Positions 48,678 to 61,299 of a DNA stretch of 64,000 nt are shown in pieces (the stretch's first letter is position 1; every line of letters begins with the position of its first letter). This DNA comes from Gracilinanus agilis (Eukaryota). Location: assembly GCF_016433145.1 (NCBI RefSeq), contig NC_058132.1:87625480-87689479 (forward strand), given 5' to 3'. The translations under genes were made by a program, and so were the position numbers. Under the pieces are notes generated by a model that was given only the letters and a program-made list of their open reading frames with translations, was not told the DNA's origin and ran no database searches.

Positions 48678-49734
48678 TAACTTTGATTTCTTTATCTGAA
48701 AATTGCCTATTCATAATTATCCATTTGTCCATTGGGGAATGACTTGTATTCTTATAAATTTCACTTAGTTTTTATGTATTTGAGAAATGTTACTTTTTCA
48801 GATAAATTTATTATAAAATTACCCACCCCCCAAGTTTGTTGTTTCCCTTCTAATCTTGGTTGCTTCGGTTTTATTTATACAAAAGGCTTTTTAACTTAAT
48901 ATAATTGAAATTATTCATATTATATCTTGTAATGTTCTTTTTCTCTTGTTTAGTCATAAATTCTTCTTGTATCCGTAGATCTGACAGGTAAATTATTCTA
49001 TGTTCCCCTAATTTATTTATAACATCATCCTTTATGTCTAAATCTTCTATCCATTTTGACCTTATTTTGGTATAGGCTGTGAGATATCGATCTATATCTA
49101 ATTTTTTCCACAGTTTTCCAAGCTGTTTTTGTCAAATAGTGAGTTCTTATCCCAAATACTAGAATCTTGGGATTTACCATACACTAAATTATTGATGTCA
49201 TTTTCCCCTAATCTCTTCCATTGATCTACCCTTCTATTTCTTAACCAGCACCAAGCTGTTTTGATGATTACTGCTTTATAGTAGTTTAAGATATGGTACT
49301 GCTAAGCCACCATCCACATTTTTTTCATTAATTCCCTTGATAGTCTTTATCTTTTTTTTCCAGATAAATTTTATTATTTTTTCTAGTTTTATAGGTAGTT
49401 TTTTGGTAATTCGTTTGGCATGGCACTGAATAAGTAAATTAATTTAGGTAAGATTGTCATTTTTATTATAGTAGTTAGGCCTACCCATTACCAATTATTG
49501 CTTAAATAAACAACTTTAAGAGGCTTAAAAACTCTAATTAATGGAACTAACCCAAAGTATTGATTGAGAAATATTTTGTTCAGACATGGCAAGGTGAGAA
49601 TTTATTTTATTTGATTATACACATTTGTTACAGGGTTTTATTTTCTTTTCCAAAAAACAGAAATATTATTTTTATTATCATAATCATTTGTCCCTGAACA
49701 TCCAATGTTCATGCAAACAGCTGATGCATAAGAG

Positions 49735-50030
49735 TATATTTTTATTTTATTTTTTCCATGGTTCCATGATTCATGTTCTTACTCTCTCCCCCCCAAACTT
49801 CCCCACCCCCTTGTAGCCGATACACATTTCCATTGGTTTCTTCATGTGTCAGAGATCGATACCTATTTCCATATTATTGATAGTCGTACTAGGGTGCTCA
49901 TTTAGAGTTTACTTCCCAAATCATGTTGGCATCAACCCATGTGTTCAAGCAGTTGTTTTTCTTCTGTGTTTCCACTCCCGTCATTCTTCCTCTGAATGTG
50001 GGTAGCGTTCTTTTCCATAAATCCCTCAGA
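49735..50030 (-). mobile_element. L1 3'UTR fragment
   Basis: Matches the L1 3' end seen at 8600-8890 (cccatgtgttcaagcagttg...aaatccctcaga). Confidence 0.8.
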
Positions 50031-50084
50031 ATAATGAACAGTAAGCAGTACTCTGTGACTAAAAGGCAAAAAAAAAATGTAAAG

Positions 50085-51509
50085 TATAAGCCATATTGTT
50101 AAGGGCCTTGAGTGTCAAACAAAACAGTTTTCCTTTCATTTTAGGAATAATAGGGAGTCATAGGACTGTTTTGATCAAGGAAGTACTATAATCATATCTA
50201 TGCTTTAGGAAAAATCACTTTGGAAATTGTATTGAAGATGAAATGAAGAAGGGAGAAACTTGACATAGGTTTATCAATTAGGATGCATTTGGAGTAGTCC
50301 ATGTGGAAGGTGCTAAAAGCCTGACCCATGATAATGGTCATAAGAGTGGAAAGAAGACATGGGAGGGATGTTGTAAGGGCAGAATCAGCAAGACTTAGCA
50401 ATTGATTAGATATTGGAAAGAAGGAAAAGGTTAATGAATAAAGGTTTTGATGAACCTGTGTTATCAGAAGGATGGTGCCAGGGAAAAGAAGAAGACAAGT
50501 TAGGGAGAAGGGGCAGGTATGGTTAAGCTATGTTTCAGATAAATGTGAAAAATCATCAAAACCCTTTAAACATAGGTAATATAATTATTTTGTGTAATAA
50601 TTTACAAGGGATTCCTATTCACCTATGTATTGGTAATGACACATTTTTTCCCAAATGTCTGCCAGAAACACATTTGCTAATTGGTTGAAGATTCACTTTG
50701 CCTTTTAAAAACTCAGTTTCTTTTTCTGTTTTTTTTCTAAGGTTATATTTTTGCCTTAGTCAGTAGTGGTCACAATCCCCTTGACTGTGGCTACCATCTT
50801 TCAGTACAAGAACTTACTTGCTTCATATCTGTTCTACCTAATACATAGTAGGAGGATAGGATATTTTATAGGTGATATCAGATGTTTGACTGACCCTGGG
50901 CTCTAGTTTCCTGAGTTAGGAACACCTGCAGGACTCTGGTCCCTGCAAAACAGAAATGTCACAGTATAAAGAGTGTGTAAGCTCTTTCAGTCTATAATGA
51001 CCAACTTCAGTTACTTTGCAATTTTGTACTAGGTGACATATTCAAACATTTCTCACTCTCCTCCTATCTATTTCTCATAAAAGTCTAGCCACAAAGCCAC
51101 AAGAGAAAATTTTCTCATGGGCTTTTTTTTCCTCAATGACTTTATAGTATCACTTTAGAGAAAAATAATGGCAAGACTAGGTAGTGTTTTGTTCTTTTTG
51201 CTGTTTAATTTGTTGGTTTTTACATGTAAGTTTATGATTTTTTTCTCATGAGTTAATGCTTCTAAACCTTGTGATATCTCATTTTTTTAGGTGACAAATC
51301 CCAGAAGTGAGGAGGATAAGCAGAATACATCTGTTATTTGTCTACTATCATTGATAGGACCAATTACATTTCTAGCTGTCATCATTTTGAAGGCTATCCA
51401 AGCGCTAGAGAAATTACAATTTTGGATCTCCATTCCCTCCTGTGCTATGTATGTGGTGGCACTTGGGGGTATCACCTTGCTGATCATCCTTATCTGGATG
51501 GAGCACAGT
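50085..51509 (+). repeat. Segmental duplicate of 18970-21321 (without the 20064-20943 LTR insertion)
   Basis: Colinear similarity from gccatattgt (18975/50089) through the L2 remnant, unique DNA, the acceptor and OR TM1. Roughly 80% by eye. Confidence 0.9.
51291..51509 (+). pseudogene. Truncated OR pseudogene (copy of the OR-A 5' end; N-terminus and TM1 only)
   Basis: Aligns to 21098-21321. The start codon context tcATGgatag has become tcATTgatag (~51350), followed by a small deletion. It encodes ILKAIQALEKLQFWISIPSCAMYVVALGG...WMEHS, then homology switches abruptly to 32988 onward. Confidence 0.9.
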
Positions 51510-52425
51510 TTATATTTTACTGTTAGGGATGAAGAGGATACAATCTTTATACAACAAAAGTAAGTGTAACATAATTTCAGTAGAAAGCTCTTGTTAGTGG
51601 GATCAGAAAAGTTCCCTCTTAGTTACTGATTGATAAGATGAGCCTTGAAAAAAGCACGAATTCTAAGAGACTAGCATAAGGAAGAAGTTTATCCACTCTC
51701 TGATCAAGCCTATATGACAACATAAATAATAGGATATGGAAAGTCATGTTCAAGGAAAAGAAAGTGGGATCATTTGACTGGAATACAGAGTGCATGAGGA
51801 CAAATAATGAGAAATGTATGGAAAGACATACCAGAGCCACGCTGTAAAAAGTTTTAAATGCCAAGCTGAGTAGTTCCTATTTTATCCCAGAGGCAATTGA
51901 AGGCATTGAAGATTAACGAATGCAAGTGATGTGTTCAGATCTACTTGTGGTGATTACCAAGAAAATAAATCAAAGGACATATACTAAAAGCAAAGGGTCA
52001 AATGAAGGCCCTTTTGAATACTTATGGGCAGTATCCTGCCCTCCTCCCCCTTCTCAAATCTCATCTGTTCTCCACACTATCCACAGTCTCTTCAACAAAT
52101 TCTTATATTTATTTTGTTTCTTCAACATTCTAATAGTCATTCTTTTGAGAACTTCTAGCTTATTACTATCCTAAAAGTTGACACCCAGAACCAAACATAT
52201 TACTCTGGGTGTATCATAACTAGGACAAAAGGTGAGAGAACCACTAACTCTCTCATTTTAGTATTATACTTCTCTTAATGCAGTCTAAGTTTTCATTAGC
52301 TTTTTGGTTTCCATGTTACGCTATCGATTCACATCGGACTTGCAGTTTACTAAAACCAGTAACTTTTCACATAAATGGTTTATGGTCACATCTTCAACAT
52401 CCTATATTTGCATAGGTGAATTTTC

Positions 52426-52639
52426 TTTTTCTTTTTTCTCTTTTTAAAAACCTTACCTTCCATCTTAGAATCAATACTGTGTTTGGTTTCAAGGCAGAAG
52501 AGAGGTAAGGGCTAGGCAATGGGGGTGAAGTGACTTGCCCAGGGTCACATAGCTAGGAAGTATCTGAGGCCAGATTTGAACCCAGGGCCTCCCATCTCTG
52601 GGTCTGACTCTCAATCCACTGAGCCACCTAGCAGCCCCA
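52426..52639 (-). mobile_element. CORE-SINE, present only in the OR-D unit
   Basis: 15-bp TSD cataggtgaattttc. Confidence 0.92.
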
Positions 52640-53110
52640 CATAGGTGAATTTTCAATAGAAATCTAGGATTCAATATTTATCCCTATCATCTGCCATCTT
52701 ATTAAATTCAGTCCATAATTCTAGCTAATGATGTCATTGAGTTTTTTTTATCTAGATTCTGTCATATAAATGACTTTATTCCACCTAAAAGAGTGAACAA
52801 ATGAAATAATATCCCAAAAAAAGAAGTGTCAAAGCTTGAGAACATCTCGATAACTTGTGATTTCTCCACACCTGGAGAACATAAATAAGTAGTAAAATAA
52901 ATTGTTGGGTTTGTCAAAGAGAGGACTCTTAATTCCAATATTGTGTCCCATTAAATTTGTCAAATGAACAACAGATTGTTCATTTTAATACTTAATGTAA
53001 TAGAAATGGCTAATCCATGTATAATTAATCTCAATTTTACCTTTCCCTACTGTTTTACAAAATCCTCATCCAGCTGAGGGTACATTTTGAACAAATTTCA
53101 TCTCCTCAAG

Positions 53111-53316
53111 CCCAAATAACAAGAGAGAAAAGAGTTAATTGTCCTGATTTCACTTCTTTTGAATAAGATGTGGGAGTGGCTATGAAATTCCATCCCCATA
53201 GGAAATGTTTAGCATGAGCTCTTAATATAAGTGACACAGAGCCTCATTGTCTTTTATACCAGAGATCCTGTCACTATAACCAAGATAAAGGCACCACACT
53301 AATCTGTCAGGTGAGT
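53111..53316 (+). promoter_or_regulatory. Candidate promoter and first non-coding exon of OR-D
   Basis: Copy of 35562-35766, with donor CAG|GTGAGT at 53310/53311. Confidence 0.6.
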
Positions 53317-56300
53317 ATCCAACTTTCTGAAGAGCAAAGAAAAGGACTTCTAATGGGGAGAATGAGTCAAAGACACATATGAAGAGTATATGATAAGAAA
53401 GGCAAAAAGATAATGAAGAGGAAACATGGGGAAGAGTTCAGGAGAAACAATGAGAAGATAAAGAACATTTTAGAGACAGTGATAAGAATAACAGATAATT
53501 TCTGGGCATAGGAATTTTTTTAAAGATTGGAAAGAGTTGTTGGAGGATTGAGAGATAATGACTGAAATAGGAGAATACTCATTGGATTGTGGTGACAATA
53601 GAAGGATGTGTTGAGACAGTGATAAGAATATAAAAATAGGTGGGAATGAGTTGAGAGAAAGTATGAGGAGAGAGAAATGAGATGAGTTAGAAGAATAGAA
53701 AGGCAGAGAAATATAATGACCAATCAATTCATAGTCAATATATCAGCAAGTAGGATGTTGGCATGTGCTAAATGCTATTCCCTGTACTAGGAGGGGGAGA
53801 AACATAGCAATATAAAGATACTTCCCCTCTCCCAGAACTTACAGTCTAAGTGAGGTAATTTGCAGCCATATAAACTGAAAAATAAGCAATATTTTGGTAC
53901 AGATGGATCCATCATCTCATTTTTGTTTGTACACTTTGCACTGTGGTAGATCATATGTCATTAATACCCACTTGTGCTATGCACAGCATGCATATTTTCT
54001 CTCATAAATCCCCTAGAGGGAGGGTGGGGAAAAAGTCACCCAAGTGGGAGAGTACTTTTCTAGGTCTTCAAATGGCCCGTGGAAAATAGAACAATACTTG
54101 AGCTATCTACTTATCCTTCTACCTCATTCAATTATTGACCTATATCTTATTCCAAATATCAATCAAATAGAAATTATTTATGTCTATTGAGTGCTAGCAT
54201 TGTGATGTCCCCAAGAAAATAATGAAACACTCCTTGCCCTAAATTAATTTTCATGCCATCTGGAGAAACCACATACACAAATATAAGAACATACAAAATA
54301 TAAATGAAAAATATTTAAGTAATTTGGGGAGAAGGCATTAGTAGTGAGGGGAAACAGGAAATGTCTCAGAAAACAGGTGGTATTTAACATGAACTTTGAA
54401 TAAAACATGTAATATTAAGAGGCAAAACAAGATAAAATTAACTCCAGGTATTAGGGAAATAATGCATGAGAACTATAAGGTCTGACTGATTAGGCTAAAA
54501 TTACAATGTACCAAAGGTGTAATAAATTGATTCCTAGGAATCAAGATATGAAGGGCTTTTAATACTAAATAGCAGATTTTGCATTTGATTTTAGAAGTAT
54601 TTTGAGTAAGAGAACAATAGTATAAGATCTATGCTTTAATACTTTTATTTAGTTACATATATATGTATGTATATATTACTTAGCCATATGTATTTATCAC
54701 TTAAGGTTAAATATGCATTACATATATATATATATAATATTATAAAAGCACAGGTCTGATAATGTTATATAAATAAGAAGCAATATGTGTATACGCACAT
54801 GCATATATTAACAAGAAGCAAAGAGCCATATGATGATGATAGCTTTTTAAGGTTTGCAGATTGCTTTGTGTATATTACTTCTTTTGATCAACTAGGTGAA
54901 ATAAGTACTATTTCTATCACTTTTTTGTAGATAGGGAAACTGAGGCACAGAGAAGCTAAGTAGCTTGCCAAAGTTATTCAGCTAGTATCTGAAGCAAGAT
55001 TAAAAATCACTTTTTCCTAATCATAGGCACCACACTCTAACCTCTATGTCATACAGCATCCTTAGTAGCTAGCTAGCTTTTGGCACATGAATCTGGGGCT
55101 TCTGATCTAAACCCACTCTTCTTCCCACTACATGAGGTCTGAGGCTTGTGACAACACAAAGACAATACTGGCAACTTTCCTTAGCACATTGCTAGCATCC
55201 ACCAAATTGATTATTCTCTGGCTTTTGCTTGTGAAATCCAGCCTTCCACTTTTCTCTTTGTGAACAGTGATCTAATGATTATACCATGAAGTACCAAGAC
55301 TTCTTCAGTGAGAAAAAAATTCCCAATTAATTCCCTAGTTTTTGAGAACATAAATAAATACACAAAGAAAAACTTTGTGGTTTTAATATACTACAATATT
55401 CATTGACAGGTCATTGGTGCAATCTTAGTATCTCTTCCACTATTACTTTTTTGTCATAAGGCAAGTTTATACACAGTTGAATTTTTCTGAGTGTATTTGA
55501 CAAAATGGAATTGAATAAATAGAATGGTGAATTTGTCCAAGTCATAAATTTAAGAAGATGTTTTTATTAAATAACTTCATATGTGAAAAGGAAAAGCATT
55601 TGAGTTGCCATGAGGCTGGTTGGTGATTTGGTTACAGCTTAGAGAAAAGAAATTTATTGAAACAAAAAATTTCTGACCCAGAAGAGACCTCAGAGGCCAT
55701 AACTACAGAAGAAAGATGAGCAAGATCGAGCACTAGACCTAGAATTAGTAAGATCTGAGTTCACATTCAAACTCATATACTTAATAATTTGTCATCCTGG
55801 ATAAATCACTAAACCTCTGTTTGACTTAGTTTCTTCAACTGAAAAATGGGGGGTCATAATAGCACCTACTTCATAGGGTTTTTGTAAGAATGGAATGAAA
55901 GTATATGTCCCATAATTCCTCTCTGACAAAAGGTCATTTGCTGGTGAGCCCATCCAACTTTTGGACAGTTCTAATATTTAGAAAAAATGTCTTTATATTA
56001 AACCTAATTTGTAATTCCAACCAATTTCTTTTACATTTGTCTTTGGATCACAATACCTAACAAATGTAATTATTCTTAAACCTGAAAGATATTCTAATAT
56101 TGAGATTGTATCTCTCACTCTCCCTCACTCCCTTGTCCATCTGAATAACAAAACAGAGGAATAACCATTCATTTTTCTGGATATAGGTAAGAAATTATGA
56201 AATTTCATGAATTTCCATATTAGTATTGAGAGCCTCTTATAGGTAACCAGGAAAAATACTTAGTGAAATCTATCACCTGCCAATGAAACCAAACTTTTCT

Positions 56301-56385
56301 GGTCATGAAGAGTCAAGAGAAGAGGAAGAAATAAAAGATTTTAAGGTGAAGAAAGATATAGCAAAATAGTTAGAGGGTACTAAAA

Positions 56386-56850
56386 TTGAAGATGAGTAAA
56401 GAGATGGAAACAGACTACTTAGTGACTTACACTGAATCCAAGTCACAGAATCTAGATGAGCTAAATCCCTTAATGGTAAATGATTTGGAAGATGTGGAAG
56501 CTGAACTCTCGGTACCCTTTGAAAAATTGAGGAGTGATAGAAGTCCTCAAACTGGAAATGAGTATTTCTTCCCAATTTTTAAAGAACAGGAAAGGTTGTC
56601 CTATTCAACCTATGGACCAATGAATTTGACTTTAATTCTGAACAAAACTCTAGAAAATATCATTAAAGTGAAGATTTTTAAGCAGTGAGGTAAAGTGAAA
56701 TTGATGATAATCACTAAAAGCAATCATAGTTTCATCAAGAACAATCCATGAGAGACTAATCTCATTTCCTTTTTTGTAACAGTTATATTGTTATAACATT
56801 TATTATATATGGCAAGTATACCTTAATTTTATAAAAACATTTTACTAATG
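56386..56850 (+). mobile_element. CR1/L3 reverse transcriptase remnant
   Basis: KSQNLDELNPLMVNDLEDVEAELSVPFEK...FPIFKE...YGPMNLTLILNKTLENIIK resembles CR1 ORF2 [30 protein letters not shown]...NYRPVSLTSIPGKILEQIIK. Confidence 0.8.
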
Positions 56851-58494
56851 ATTTATTTAATGGACAAAATGGATATATATATGTATATATATATATGTAT
56901 ATATATATATATAATTTGGATCTAGATATATGCATATAGATATACCTTAGTATATAAGATGGCTATGTCATGTTTTTTATTTATACATACATATATGTAT
57001 ACATACATACATATACAAATAGATAAACAGAGGCACACCAGAAAGAGACAAAGAAAGGATTATAGAAAAATTGGACTGATTAAGGAGTATTTAAGTGACC
57101 AAGTTTAAACAGCGGTCAATGTAATTTGAAGGTTCTAGAGAGGTAACTTTAGATCAGTGGAATAAGCCCTTTATCTTACATTATAAAATATTTTTATACA
57201 TGACATGAATGAACACGTATTCCTATAAATGTCCAAATAATGAATACCTAGGAGATAAAACTATTATACAGTTTAACAAGTTAAGATCTACAAAGATCTA
57301 TCTCATTAGAATAGAATGCCAGAACCATGGTGAAAAAGTTGAAGGGGTAAGATATTGGCCTGGTGAAAGGACAATCTTTCTAAAGAGCTATGTGGATGTA
57401 CCATGAACTAAATTGGGGGAAAGTGCCCTTTCTCTTGAGATACTAAAAGAAGAACACTGTAAGATCATTTGTCAGTTATATTATAGAGGGGATTTCTGTT
57501 CATCTAGGACATGTGAAAGAAGACCCCTGAATTGCTTACAAACCTTAAATCTGTTATTCTTCAATGGCTTGAAAGGAGTTAGAATGCACTTAAACAATCA
57601 GTCAAACAACAAATGCTGTCAAATACTCAGTTACAGGTACAAATCTAGGTGCTAGTGAAACAAAGATACAACATATATGTACATATGTAACCATAGACTA
57701 TGAATGTTAAAGCTGAGGGAAATTAGGAATGTTTCTTAAGCAAAGTTTTGAGGGAACTTTGGGATTCTCAGAGGCAGAGATGAGGAAGGAATATATTCCA
57801 GACATTAGAGATAGTTTTAGCAAATGCACATAAATGGGAGGTACATTACTAAAAATTATGTGGCCAGACTGGAGCATGTAGCAAAGGGCTTTATATATAA
57901 GACGGCTGGAAAGGTTCAGGAAAAGAATAAATTAGCATAGAGGGGTTCATAAAATAAAATGCATCTAGGATTCAAGGGAAGAGATTTTAGATATTTATAT
58001 GAAACTATAATTTTTGGGGAATTTTGAAGAGCAGTTGTCCTTACAGGTAAATGTGATACTAGATGTTCTTTGAGGTCCTTTCTTAATGTGAGATTTTATA
58101 TTCTCTTCCCTCATCTCTAGATACAGAAAAAAGATTTTCCAGAAAATTTTCTAGAGAATTACAACATGCAAATAGTAGTTCTAAAAATTCATAGGCATTT
58201 ATTAATTGCTTTTAAAGTGCCAAGTTTAGTGCCTTTCCCAACAATTAATTCTAGTGTCTTCTATCCTATTTATCTTTTATATAGGTTGTTTATAGATAAT
58301 TGTTTCCTTGTCTTCCCCTTTAGACTGTGAGCTACTTGAAGGCAGGGACTCTTTTTGTGTCCCTAGTCCTTAGCATACTTCCTGGAACATAGTAGGTGTT
58401 TAAGAAATGCTAATTGACTGACTGATTGAATCCAATAATGTTCCAAGGGATACAAATTGTCCAAAAGGAGCACAGAAATTTCCTTGGCCAACAT

Positions 58495-58519
58495 TTTCTC
58501 CTCTTCCTCATTTCTGTAG
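58495..58519 (+). promoter_or_regulatory. Splice acceptor of the OR-D coding exon
   Basis: Identical to the OR-C acceptor. Confidence 0.75.
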
Positions 58520-58576
58520 GTGATCAATCTAAGGAGGAAAAGAGAAAACCACATCCTCAGATCCCATTCTGATATC

Positions 58577-59530
58577 ATGGCTGCCACTAATCACACCTTC
58601 CATCCAGCTGTTTTCCTCCTTTGGGGCATCTCAGGTCTAGAGGAACTGCACATCTGGATCTCCATCCCCTTCTGCACCATGTATGTAGTGGCCCTTGGAG
58701 GTAACTCCTTGTTGATCATATTTATCTGTATGGAGCACAGTCTACATGAACCCATGTACTTCTTCCTGGCCATGTTGTCCCTGTCGGACCTTTTGCTCTC
58801 TACTGCTATCATGCCCAAGATGTTGGCCATTTTCTGGTTTGAAGATAGAGTCATTTCTTTCCAGGCCTGCATTACCCAGATGTTCTCTGTCATCGACATT
58901 TTTGTCATGGAGTCAACAGTTCTTCTGGCCATGGCATTTGACCGCTATGTGGCCATCTGCTATCCATTGAGATATACCATGATCCTGACCCCCTCTGTGA
59001 TAAAAAAAATTGTGGGCTTTTCTCTAGCCAGAGGTATGATCCTCAGTTTCCCTTTTGTCTTCCTAGTTGAGCAACTGCCATTCTGTGTAAATAACATTAT
59101 TACTAATACTTACTGTGAACTGCCTACGGTTGCCAGGCTGGTCTGTGGAGATATCACAGCCATTAACATTTATACACTAGTGTTGTGCTTTTTGTCCACA
59201 GGCTTAGATGTCATCTTCATTTCCATCTCCTACACTTTTATTCTCCGAGCTGTCTTCAGACTCCCATCCCATGATGCCCAACTCAAGGCTCTGGGCACCT
59301 GCAGTTCACATGTCTGTGTCATCCTCATGTTCTACCTACCAGCTTACCTGACAGTGCTGATAAGCCACTTGCACTGTGCAGTCCTGCTGACTAATCTCTA
59401 TGTGGTTGTGCCTCCTGCACTGAACCCCATTATATATGGTGTCAGGACAAAACAAATCCGGGATCACATCATCCGCTGGTTCTCCCATTTGGGCAGGGCA
59501 TGCTTAGCTGGAGATGTCATGGATAATTGA
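58577..59530 (+). CDS. Intact class I olfactory receptor, OR52 family (OR-D), 317 aa; duplicate of OR-C
   Basis: ATG at 58577 (MAATNHT). Colinear with OR-C at a constant offset of 16465 nt. Flanks are homologous. Confidence 0.95.
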   Translation: MAATNHTFHPAVFLLWGISGLEELHIWISIPFCTMYVVALGGNSLLIIFICMEHSLHEPMYFFLAMLSLSDLLLSTAIMPKMLAIFWFEDRVISFQACITQMFSVIDIFVMESTVLLAMAFDRYVAICYPLRYTMILTPSVIKKIVGFSLARGMILSFPFVFLVEQLPFCVNNIITNTYCELPTVARLVCGDITAINIYTLVLCFLSTGLDVIFISISYTFILRAVFRLPSHDAQLKALGTCSSHVCVILMFYLPAYLTVLISHLHCAVLLTNLYVVVPPALNPIIYGVRTKQIRDHIIRWFSHLGRACLAGDVMDN

Positions 59531-61299
59531 GGTGCTTAAAATAATCTGTCAGTCATTTTGATTTAGACATTCAATGAAGCTATAACCATTTGTAAAGGTA
59601 TTGAGACAATGACAATGACAACATCAAAGGCTATTTCTTAAATGTCAATTAGGCAATGAGGCTGTGCCATAGACCTAGAGTCAGAAAATTCTCAGTTCAT
59701 ATTCAGCCTTATATATTTACTGGTGTGTTATCTTTGGCAAGTCACTTACCCTTCCCCACCTTTGTTTCCTCAATTATAAAATGGGATGAATCATAACATA
59801 TACACCCCATGACTTTTGTGATGATTCAATGGATATTTTGTAAAGCACTGGCACACAGTAGGTACTATATGGAGTTGTTATACTTGTTGTTAGTGTTATT
59901 CATTAATAATGTGAAATAGTCCTACATAAACTTCATATATCCACTCATTCTTTTAAAAAATTAAAAATAAATGCTATTTCACTTAGTGCTCTCATCCCCA
60001 ACTCTGGCCTCCGATCTACTTTTATCTATATTTGCACCTCAAACTCCCTATTGGACATATTAAACTAGCTATTCTATACACATCTATCACTTAATATAGC
60101 CCAAACCGAATATGTCTTTTCTTTTTTCCAAAATCTTTTCTTCTACCTAAATTCCCCATTTTCTCCCTAATACTATCATTCTCCCAGTCATCTAGGCTCA
60201 CAATCTAAGTGCAACCTTCACTCCTCATTTTCAATCAACTCCAAATCCCATGAGTTGTCAAATTCTGTTATTTCTAGCTTCATGTCTCTTATCTATCAAT
60301 TTCTCTGCTCTGACCCTACAGTCATCATCATGGTGTAAGTCTTCATCATCTAACCCCTAGTGAGGCTCATAGAAGCTGGTTGGTTGGTCTTCCTGCCTTA
60401 GGTCTTTCTCCAATCCAGTCTACCATCCACTCAGTTGTCAAATTAATCTTCCAAAAACTCAGGTATGATTGAATCATACCTACTATTAAAAACAGATATA
60501 AACTTTTCTGTCTGGCTCTTAAAATCCTTTAACCAGTCTCTACCACCATTTTTACAGTTCTCTTACACTTTATTCCCATCTATAAACCCTGTGATCAAAT
60601 AACACTAGTCTCATTGCAATTCCTTGCATATGACATTCCATCTTCTGACTGTCTGTATTTTCTCTGGCTATCCTCCACACACTTGGAATGTTCTCCTTCC
60701 TTATCTCTGTTTTTCTGGCTTTCTTCAAGTTTCAACTAAAGTTCCACCTTCTGTAGGAACTCATTCCTGATCTTCCTAAAATTTAGTTTTCTCTATGTGA
60801 CACTCATTGATATTTTGCAGTTTTGTTATGCCTGGTGGAGTCACAGTGTGTTGGGCTTCTCCATGTTCTGCTGGCTTTTCCCTCCTCTTACCCAAATGAG
60901 AAAAATTTTTTCCAGCTTTCTTTTATTTTAAGGTGATTTTCTTTCTTTTTGCATGTGTGTATAGAAATGGGAGTTGTGGGGGTTGAACAGAGTATCCTTT
61001 ACTCTAACATCTTACTACCCAGCGTGCAACTAAAGAAATCATATTGAAAAGAAAAACAACTTTTTTCTTTTGTTAATGTTTATTTTTAAGTTTATAGTAA
61101 ATATTTCAATAGGCAAAATAACTTTGAGTCGATTCCTAAGTCTCAATTTCTCATTTTATCCTCTCCTGTGCTATAGGTAACTGTTGTTCTTTTCTTTTCT
61201 TTTCTTTCTTATCAATTATATGCAATAAATTTCTGCATAAATTTTCCATATGTGCTCCAAATTCTCTCCTTCCATCCTAGAAATACTGACTGTTTATAA

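Larger units (their letters stand above)
46960..49480 (-). mobile_element. Older L1, 3' part, interrupted by the 47681 LTR
   Basis: Degenerate ORF2 antisense (gcaattccttacagcaca..., tcttccattgatctacccttctatttc...). Boundaries approximate. Confidence 0.75.
51506..61280 (+). repeat. Segmental duplicate of 32988-45690 (OR-C unit)
   Basis: Continuous colinear alignment. Differences are copy-specific insertions (SINE+L1 at 33.7-34.9k, LTR at 43.6k, SINE at 52.4k) and an ~0.8 kb indel (39110-39900). Roughly 85% by eye. Confidence 0.93.

Noticed and set aside
51291-51563. 90-codon single-TM chimeric ORF at the deletion junction as a new microprotein
   Set aside because: The original ATG is mutated, the only ATG is mid-TM1, and the tail is L2 sequence. 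It is best read as a pseudogene.
21157-59530. Assigning a specific gene symbol such as OR52B2
   Set aside because: The resemblance is from memory and only at subfamily level. Lineage-specific duplication and conversion rule out one-to-one naming without a tree.
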